The position numbers were made by a program, and so were the translations under genes. The notes beneath the pieces were generated by a model that saw nothing but the letters and a program-made list of their open reading frames with translations, ran no database searches and was not told where the DNA came from. Below, in pieces: positions 55,000 through 64,000 of a stretch of DNA of 64,000 bases. The first letter of the stretch is position 1. Each line of letters opens with the position of its first letter. The DNA is from the human T2T-CHM13v2.0 reference genome, Homo sapiens, in assembly GCF_009914755.1 (NCBI RefSeq), contig NC_060927.1; one strand, 5' to 3'.

Positions 55000-57900
55000 T
55001 TGTCTATTTGTGCCCTTTTAGACTTTTTGATTTGGGCATTTAAGTCTATGAATTTTCCTCTTACCACTGCCTTTGTGGTATCCCAGAGGTTTTGATAGGT
55101 TTTGTCACTATTATACTTCAAATAATTTTTAAATTTCCATCTTGATTTTATTGTTCACCCAACACTCATTCAGGAGCAGGTTATTTAATTTCAATGTATT
55201 TCCATGGTTTTGAGAGTTCCTTTTGGAGTGGATTTTCAGTTTTATTCCACTTTGATCTGAGAGAATACTTGATATAATTTCAATTTTCTTCAATTTATTG
55301 AGACCTGTTTTATGGCTTATCATATGGTCTGTCTTGGAGAATGAATGTTACACGTGCTGATGCATAGAATGTATATTCTATAGTTGCTGGTTAGTATGTC
55401 CTGTGGCTTTATTAACTTTTTATCTTGCTGACCTGTCTATTGCTGTCAGTGGAGTGTTGAAGTCCCCCACTATTATTGTGTTGCTGTCTATCTCATTTCT
55501 TAGGTCTAGTAGTAATTGTTTTGTAAATTTGGGAGCTCCAGTGTTGGGTGCATGTATGTTTAGGATTGTGATATTTTCCTTTTGGACAAGTTTTTTTTAT
55601 CATTGTATAATGTCCCTCTTTGTCCTTTTTAACTGCTGTTGTTTTAAAGTTTGTTTTGTCTGATATAAGAATAGCTACTCCTCCTTGCTTTTGGTGCCCA
55701 TTTGCATGGAATATCTTTTTCCACCCCTTTACCTTAAGTTTACATGAGTTCTTATGCATTAGGTGAGTCTCCTGAGAACAGCAGATGGTTGGTTGGTGAA
55801 TTCTTTTTCATTCTGCCATTCTGTGTCTTTTAAGTGGAGCATTTATGTTATTTACATTCAACATTAATATTGAGATACATGCTATTCTATTCCTTATGCG
55901 GTTTGTTGCCTGAATACCTTTTTATTTTTTCATTGTTTTTGTTTTATCGGTCCTGTGAGATTTATGCTTTAAGGAGGTTCTATTTTGGTGTATTGCGAAA
56001 ATGTGTTTTCAAGATATAGAACTCCTTTTAGCAGTTCTTACAGTGCTGGCTTGGTAGTGGTGAATTCTCTCAGTATTTGTTTGTCTGAAAAAGACTGTAT
56101 CTTTTTTTCACTTATGAAGCTTAGTTTCACTGAATACAAAATTCCTGGCTGATAATTATTTTCTTTTAGGAGGCTAAAGATAGGGTCCCAGTCCCTTCTA
56201 GTAGGGTGTCTGCTGAGAAATCTGCTGTTAATATGATAGGTTTTCCTTTATAGGTTACTTGATGCTTTTGCCTCACAGCTCTTTTTTTCCCCTTAATCAG
56301 AATATGTATCTGGTTTCCAATAAAGTGATTCTTTTTTTTTTTTCTTAATTATACTTTAAGTTCTAGGGTACATGTGCACAACGTGCAGGTTTGTTACATA
56401 AGTATACATTTGCCATGTTGGTTTGCTGCACCTATCAACTCCTCATTTACATTAGGTATTTCTCACAGCTCTTAAGATAGTTTCATTCATCTTGACTTGA
56501 GACAGCCTGATGAGTGTGTGCCTAGGCGATGATCTTTTTGCAATGAATTACCTAGGTGTTCTTTGAGCTTCTCGTATTTGGATGCCTAGATCTCTAGCAA
56601 GGCCAGGTAAGTTTTCCTTGATTATTCTCTCAAGTATGTTTTCCAAACTTGTAGATTTCTCTTCTTTCTTGGAAATACCAGTTATTCTTTGGTTTGGTTG
56701 TTTAGCATAATCTCAAACCTCTTGGAGGCTTTTTAAAAAAATTATTTTTTCTTTGTCTTTTTCAGATTAGATTAATTGGAAAGTCTTGTTTTCAAGGTCT
56801 GAAGTTTTTTCTTCTACTTGTCGATTCTATTGCTGAGACTTTTCAGTGCATTTTGCATTTCTCTAAGTGTGTCCATTTCCAGAAGTATCACTTTATTATG
56901 TATTCTATTTCACCGAAGTTTTTTCTTTTCATATCTTGTATCATTTTTTGATTTCATTAAGTTAGACTTCACCTTTCTCTGATGCCTTCTCGATTAGCTA
57001 ATAATTGACCTCCTGAATTCTTTTTCTGGCAATTCAGAGATTTCTTCTTGGTTCGGATCTGTTGCTGGTGAGTTAGTGTGATCTTTTGGGGGTGTTCACT
57101 TTGTTTTTTCGTATTACCAGGATTGTTTTTCTGGTGCCTTCTCCTTTGAGTAGACTACATCAGAGAAATGATCTGGGGCTCAAGGACTGCTGTTTAGATT
57201 CTTTTGTCTCATGAGGGTGCTCCCTTGATGTGGTGCTCTCCCCTTTCCCTTAGGGATGTGGTTTCCTGAGAGCTGACCTGCAGTGGTTGTTATTTCTCTT
57301 CTGGATCTAACCACCCAGCAGAGCTACTGGGCTCTGGACTGCTAGTGGGGAGTGTCTGCACAGCATCCTGTGATGTGAACCATCTTCAGTCTCTCAGCCC
57401 TGGATCCCAGCACCTGCTCCAGTGGAGGTGGCAGGGGAGTGAAGTGGACTCTGCGAGGGTCCTTGGTTGTAGTTTTGTTTATTGTACTAGTTTTGTGTTG
57501 GTTGGCCTCCAGCCAGAAGGTGGCGCTTTCAAGAGAGCATCAGCTGTGGTAGTATAGGAAGGATCAGGTGGTAGGTGGGACCATAGAGCTCCCAGGAGAA
57601 TATGTCCTTTGTCTTCAGCTACCAGAGCAGGTAGAGAAAGACCATTAGGTTGGGGCAAGGTTAGGTGTGTCTGAGCTCAGACTCTTCTTGGGTGGGGCTT
57701 GCTGTGGCTGCTGTGGGGTATGTGGGTGTGGTTCTCAGGCCAGTGGGATTATGTTTCCAGGGGTATTATGGCTGCCTCTGCTGCATCATGCAGGTCACCA
57801 GGGAAGTGGGAGAAAACTGGCAGTTACAGGCCTCATGCAGCTCCCACGTATCCCAAAAGGCCAGTGTTACTCCTACCGTGCCCTCTCAATAGCACTGAGT

Positions 57901-58570
57901 TTATTTCCAGGCAGCGGGTGAACAGAGCTGGGAACTTTCCCCAGGCCACCAGCCTCCCCGCTGAGAAAGCATGCAGGACTTTCAGGTTCTGTGTTTCCCC
58001 ACCTGCCGCAGCTTCTGTGCTGTGTCTGCACTCCCTATTCGCCCCCTCCCCCAGGTTCTGTCCAGGAAACTGCGTTTGGTCAAAATGGTTACAAAGTTCA
58101 GCTGGAAGTTTCCTTCTCCCTGTGGTCTTTTCCCAGTTCCTCTGGCAGCCCTCTCCAAGGACCCCTGTGAGACAAAGTCAGAAACGGCTTCGCTGGGGAC
58201 CAAGAGTGCCCACAGGGCTCTTCCTGCTGCTGCTTCTACACCTGTATTTCACTTGGCTCTCTAAATTTGTCTCAGCTCCAGGTAAGGTCAGATCCTTCTG
58301 TGATCTGGACCTTCAGGTTCCCCAGTGAGGGTGTGTGTTTGGGGGCAGATGATCCCTCTTTCACACTTTGGGCACTCAGAGTGTTTTGGCTGTCTCCAGG
58401 TGCCTGCAGCAGCAATCCGCTTCCTTCAAAGGATCTGTGGATCCTCTCGCTTTCCTGGTATGTTCCTGTGGTAGTTCTTGGAGCAAAAGTTCTCTGTATG
58501 AGTCTTCACACGCTGCTCTGTCTGTCTGAGTGGGAGCTGCAAGTTAGTCCTGCCTCCTATCCACCATTTC
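55000..58570 (-). mobile_element. L1PB/L1PBa-like element, 5'-intact and 3'-deleted
   Basis: Minus-strand EN peptides (LKVKGWKKIFHANG, ILSDQSGIKL); 5' end atggtggataggaggcaggactaacttgcagctccc. Confidence 0.85.
56282..56461 (-). mobile_element. 5'-truncated L1PA 3' end nested in the L1PB, with an extra 3' segment
   Basis: ttatactttaagttctagggtacatgtgcacaacgtgcagg L1PA tail; TSD ctcacagctctt at 56272 and 56462. Confidence 0.9.
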
Positions 58571-60499
58571 TTTTTCTAGTGTCCTGGCTAGTAATTTCTG
58601 AGTGGAATGATGCATCATTTACATGTCACTTCAGCCTAAGGAGTAGAGCCCTCCTGACCTTGGAGCTTCTCTTCTGAGCTCTTGCATTGAGACGCTGGCA
58701 CCTGTGTACAGAAGCACTGTAAGGAGGATAGCTGCCTGCTGACTTGCTCCGCCTACGGAAGACTTGGTGTCCATTTTGACTTCGCGAACCTAAGGCTTGA
58801 ACTAGTATAGCCTTTTCTAATTAATAGTACATACAATAACAATGATTGCTTTTTGGTTGTAGTTAGCTAAAAGTTTCGTTAGTTTAGTATTTTGGTTCTA
58901 AAACACATTTTAAATTTTCTCTGGTTATACATTCCATGTAGATTAAAGGCATAAATCCATGTAGAATAACAAATGGACCTCATGGTATGGACTCAGCATG
59001 ATTATGTTCTATGTAGAATCTAGAGACGAATTTAGAGACCCAATTTCAGATACATAATTTCTGTGCAGTTTTTGTACCAATTAGCAAAGAGATGATTGAC
59101 GGTTGCTAGTCCTGTGAAACAGCAGTAGTTACGCAGTATATGTCCTAGTGGTATGGAGTTTAAGAATGAAAATTTTATCCTAAGACTTAGCCCACTTGTA
59201 TCGTCACTCTATACGTCATTTATTTTGGGACTCTTCTTGCTTTTAGATGACAATTTACAAAATTATTTGTCATTTCTTTAATTGGTATTTGTACTTATGT
59301 CCCACAAACGGCTTAATTTGTGTGTCCATCAGTGGCATGTTAAGCCCACTTTAGCCCATATATGTTACTCAGTGTTGTCAAACGTGTATTTTCTACTAAA
59401 CGGTATCTATTTCAAGAGTTTGTCAGATAAACTATGCAGAACCAAGATGTCAGTTTTGTGTTTTTATTTCCTATATTGCCTCATTTATAACAATAATATA
59501 TGATCCTCCAAATTTGCCAGATATTGTTCAAACTGCATTTTCTAAAAGTAGAGATCTTCTGAGGATTTTTTTGTTTTTTAAACTATATATCTATGAATAC
59601 TTTTAACTACATGTTATAAATAACAAAAACAATTTAAAAAAAGTTGTTGCTTGTGACAACACTAACGTCAAGGAAATTTTGTTTAGATTGGGAAAATAAA
59701 ACAGGTGTTTCAGTCCAAAAAAAAAAAAAAATCAAAAGGCATTAATATGGCCCCTATTGAAAAGCCCACACTGAGAGGCACTAACTACCCATGCCTTTGC
59801 AGTGTGAGGTTAATGGGGGGGTGTCCCCTCAGCAGCTGCCTCAAGCTCCTGCTTTGCCATTAACCAGACTCACTCCAGGATTCCTTGGAAACTGTGTGCC
59901 TACCTGAATAATTTATTACCTAGTGATCAATTATTCATAATTCTTTATTACAACGAAATAAAACCTAAAGGTGGAATCATTTTGCCACTTATGAATATCC
60001 AACAGATCATCAGGAGATTGCAGTAGAGTTTTAAGCCCTTGCGGTCCCCACTGCCTGTTTGTTTCTCTGAAGGGATTCCACAGAGAACAGCCTTCTGAGA
60101 CAGGATCAGAATCAAAGAAAGCAGTAACAAATGACTCCCTGCTGGTCGTGCTGCACGGTTCATCTATTCATGCTGTTTGTCTTTTTAATTCTGGCCTCAT
60201 TTATACCTAGAAATAAAATTTCAATTTGAAAGAATGTAGGAGACTTTTATGACACCGTTGGTTTATTAAATCATTCTTAGGAGGTAGACAAGGACATAAA
60301 ACTTACACCTAGAGTATCTTCTGGAATAAAATGCAGGAACCTTTAGTACATTTTATTGACACTAATCATATTGCATTTGCTTGTTTCATCAGTTATATCT
60401 GAGTTATATTTTATTTATTTATTAGACCATATAAAAATGCCATATATTTTCCACATATATAGAAAGCATTTTAGTAAAAGTTCTCTGAAAGTATAGTAA

Positions 60500-60798
60500 G
60501 GCCAGGCATGGTGGCTCATGCCTGTAATCCCAACACTTTGGGAGGCTGAGGCAGGAGGATCGCTTGAACCCAGGAATTCCAGACCAGACTGGGCAACATT
60601 GGGAGACTCTGTCTTTACAAATAGTAATAAAAAATTAGTGGGCATGGTGGCGCATGCCTGCAGTCTGTCCCAGCTACTCGGAAGGCTGAGGTGGGAGGAT
60701 TGCCTTAGCACCTGAGGTGGTCAAGGCTGCAGTGAACTAGAATTGCACCACAGCATCCCATCCTAGGCGACAGAGTGAGACCCTGCCTCCAAAAAAAA
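60500..60798 (+). mobile_element. Alu (AluJ-like)
   Basis: Diverged dimer with A tail. Confidence 0.88.
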
Positions 60799-61450
60799 TT
60801 AGTATAACCAAATGAAGCCTACTTCTTTAAAATTTGGGAAATGTAGTGGAAAATTGTTTAGCTTAAGCCAGACTACTTAATTTTAAAAATAATCAACAAG
60901 TTTTAAAAAATATTTTGAAAATACTTGGAGAGTTTTAATTCCAGTTACATTAGATTATAAAGCAGAAGGTTTGCCTTTGAGGTTTCTTGCCTCCCAACCA
61001 GTTGGCTTTCCGTTGGACACTCTGGCACTGAGGAGTGCACATAACTCTGTGACACTCCACATTTTGGGTTGTCATTTCAGTGTTGTGGCATTTTCTCTGT
61101 AGTTACTTCCAAAATAAGTTAGTACTAATTTTGAGCATGAGTCCTGGGACCCTGGGGTTAATATTTGCCAGGTCTAAAATACCCCGGCCTGTAGATAAAA
61201 ATCCCAAACTGTCAAACAAGTACTTTTTAGTGGAGATTCCAGATCATTTTTTGTATTGATGTTGGTTTACCAAATGGAATGAAGGCTAAATGTTTAAGCA
61301 ACTTTTAAATGGCCTAAACCCATACCTTTCACACAAGACCCTACATATCTCAGATAACCTACCAATCAGAGTTTAAATATGGATTTAGTTGTACTGTTGT
61401 GAAAATATGTGGGTAATTTTTAAAACCTTTAAAAATATATATTAAGAAAA

Positions 61451-61565
61451 TTTTTTTTTGATACAGGGTTTCAATGTTGTCCAGTCTGGTCTCAAACTCC
61501 TGGTCTCAGACTCCTGGTTTCAACTGATCCTCCCTCCTCAGCCTCCAGAGTAGTTATGCCCTGCT
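61451..61565 (-). mobile_element. Alu monomer/FLAM fragment
   Basis: Short reverse Alu arm. Confidence 0.65.
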
Positions 61566-61629
61566 TCTTAAACTCTTAAGACAAATTTGAATATGTCATG
61601 GAGTAGAGTAAAACATTTGCATGATTTTT

Positions 61630-62150
61630 GACTTTATAATATAATTTTTGATAGGTTACACATTCACATGGCTCAAAAAACATCAAAAGATCAAGTTTCG
61701 AGTTTCTCCTCATCCTTCTCTCCCCTTTTTTGAGTTCTCATCCTCTTCCCCAAAAGGTAACCACTGTTAAGAGTTTCTTCTGGATCCTTTTAGAATTGCT
61801 TTATGCACACATTAGCAACTTAAGAATACAGAGTCTTATTTTTCCCCTTTCTGATAAAAGCTAGCATATTATACACTTCTGGTTTTTTTTGTTTTTTTTT
61901 TTTTGCTTTTTTCATATGACACAATATCTTGGAGATATTTCCATGTTAGTGTGTAGAACATTTCCCCATTCTTTTTTTTTTAAACAGCTCAATAGCATGT
62001 TCCATGGTGTGGTTGTAGTATAATTTATTTAACCATTTTCCTGTTCATGCGCATTTGAGTTATATTAAATCTTTTCTTATTAAAAATATCACTGCAGTGG
62101 ATAACCCTGAACATTTGTCATTTCACAAACATGCCACTATTTCTTGCATG
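61630..62150 (-). mobile_element. Old L1M 3' fragment
   Basis: gtataatttatttaaccattttcctgtt...atcactgcagtggataacc. Confidence 0.6.
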
Positions 62151-63790
62151 AATTTTTAAGATAAAACATAACATTTCAGAAATGTGCTGTTTTTAGCAGT
62201 CTCATTCCAGGGGTTTGAATTTATCCTTCTTTACTATCAGGGGTGTTTTGCTGGCAACATTTGAGAAGTTCTGCCATAAACTTGTTATTAAGGCCTAGTG
62301 GTAGGATGATTTTTCACTTTCAGAAATAACTGCTGTGAAGTGATAGTGACAACAGTGTTACCTTGCCACCGTATGTCTCTCGAAGGTAGTATAAGAAAAC
62401 TGTAAACCTGGTGGCAAATTATTTATGAGCAGAAATTATGTTGTAAAATTGTCTAGTTTTCTTGTTGGCATTTGATAGAATGAAACACTTGCAGCTATGA
62501 GTTTTTGGAATAGGCCCAGTACCCTCTGACCTAAAGCCCTACAGCACCAAACTCTGATGTCTTGAAAAATATTAATAGGTGGTTTACCTAAAAAGATTTC
62601 CATGATTATACAAGCTTGGAAAACACTGGGTTCCACAACATTGAACCAGTTTCTTTACTGAAGAACTCTTCAGATCCTTAAATTTGCTGGGGTAAATTGT
62701 AACTTTTTAAGCCTGGATGTAGCAAGCAGCATTTCCAAAACAAGTTTGACTACTGAACTCCTCTTTCCCGCCCCCCGGGACACTCTTATTAGCATTAATG
62801 TACCAAGGAGCCCTAATTGGGAAATACTACCCATGTTGGATACCATGGGCCCCATATTCAAATTAGTGGTCACAAGCATATGTGATATTTACATTTACAA
62901 AAGATTCACTGAGGGAAATAAGAATAAAAGTCATTATTTAAAAATTGACCATTATGAACAGTAGATGGTGGTAATGTAACATGCAGACCAACTATTAAGA
63001 CATGTCAACATTTCCAATGGCAGCATTAATTCAAGGTCGAAAATGTCTTAATTTAATTACAGTCTACCAGTACTTTTAATTTCACCGGCTAAATTAATAA
63101 AAGGCTAAACATAGGTATTTAACAAACTTTTAATTTCTCCCTAGGAAAAGCAGAAATTGGCTGAGAAATAAATCTGAAGAAATCTTTTTATCTTCACAGA
63201 CCATTGTAACTGGCATGAGCCAGATCTGGTTTTTCTTGCCATCCATGTATTAGATTGATGTTTCCTAGCTTGTGTGTACACAAAGGTATATGTGTATTCT
63301 TTCTTTTTTAAAAGAAAAAGGCATCAATTTAACCAAACTTAACTCTCCAGTGTCCATGAGAATGGCAAAGAGCAGTTTCAGTCTGAAGCATCTGAAGCAG
63401 CCACCGCCTTTGTACTCCAGGAACTGACATTTGGGCTGAAAATAGGATGTGAATGCCAATAGCTCTATTAGAAGGGCCAATGGGATGAGAGATCAGGGTC
63501 TCTTAGAAGTTGAGAGGGATCTGAGCCACTTCCATTCTTTTGAAGTCTATTTAACTATAAGACTGTGTAACACAGGACAACAAAAATGGGATATGCTTTA
63601 AATATTTACATTTGACAAAAAATTAACATACCAAAATTCAATACAATGTGACTACACAACTGACAAGATTATTATAAATTTTAATTCCTAGTGTATTAGA
63701 CTTGGGGTGGCCCAGAAATGGGACACACATTTAAAGTTGTGGTGAACATCTTTCCAAGCTGCCAGTGTGTCTTAGGGACAGAGGGTGTAA

Positions 63791-64000
<210 letters not shown>

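Noticed and set aside
57699-58677. 209-aa and 136-aa + strand ORFs
   Set aside because: Antisense to the GC-rich L1PB 5'UTR; no domain recognised

Overview
Primate (very probably human) genomic DNA matching the ATP2C1-ASTE1-NEK11 locus. The + strand carries the last coding exons and 3'UTR of ATP2C1 (SPCA1 Golgi Ca2+/Mn2+ P-type ATPase; 2708-~12900). Its alternative terminal exon (25902-) lies antisense inside a coding exon of ASTE1. ASTE1 is complete on the - strand: four coding exons sum to 2040 nt = 679 aa, and the last one holds the A11 coding microsatellite. A CpG-rich bidirectional promoter (~36.2-36.9 kb) is shared with NEK11, whose two 5'UTR exons and first coding exon are followed by an intron of more than 24 kb. 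The rest is mostly Alu, L1, L2, MIR and MER repeats. The most unusual sequence-level signals are: (i) a 70-nt perfect three-way junction with hammerhead-like topology and a CUGANGA box (22407-22476); (ii) two inverted L1s of different subfamilies, both truncated at the same homologous ORF2 nucleotide, with a duplicated junction (~54.9-55.0 kb); (iii) an L1 3' transduction; (iv) a locally templated insertion with a target duplication; (v) a possible decayed gene downstream of ASTE1. Exon coordinates were read from GT/AG boundaries. Repeat boundaries and subfamilies are by eye and approximate.
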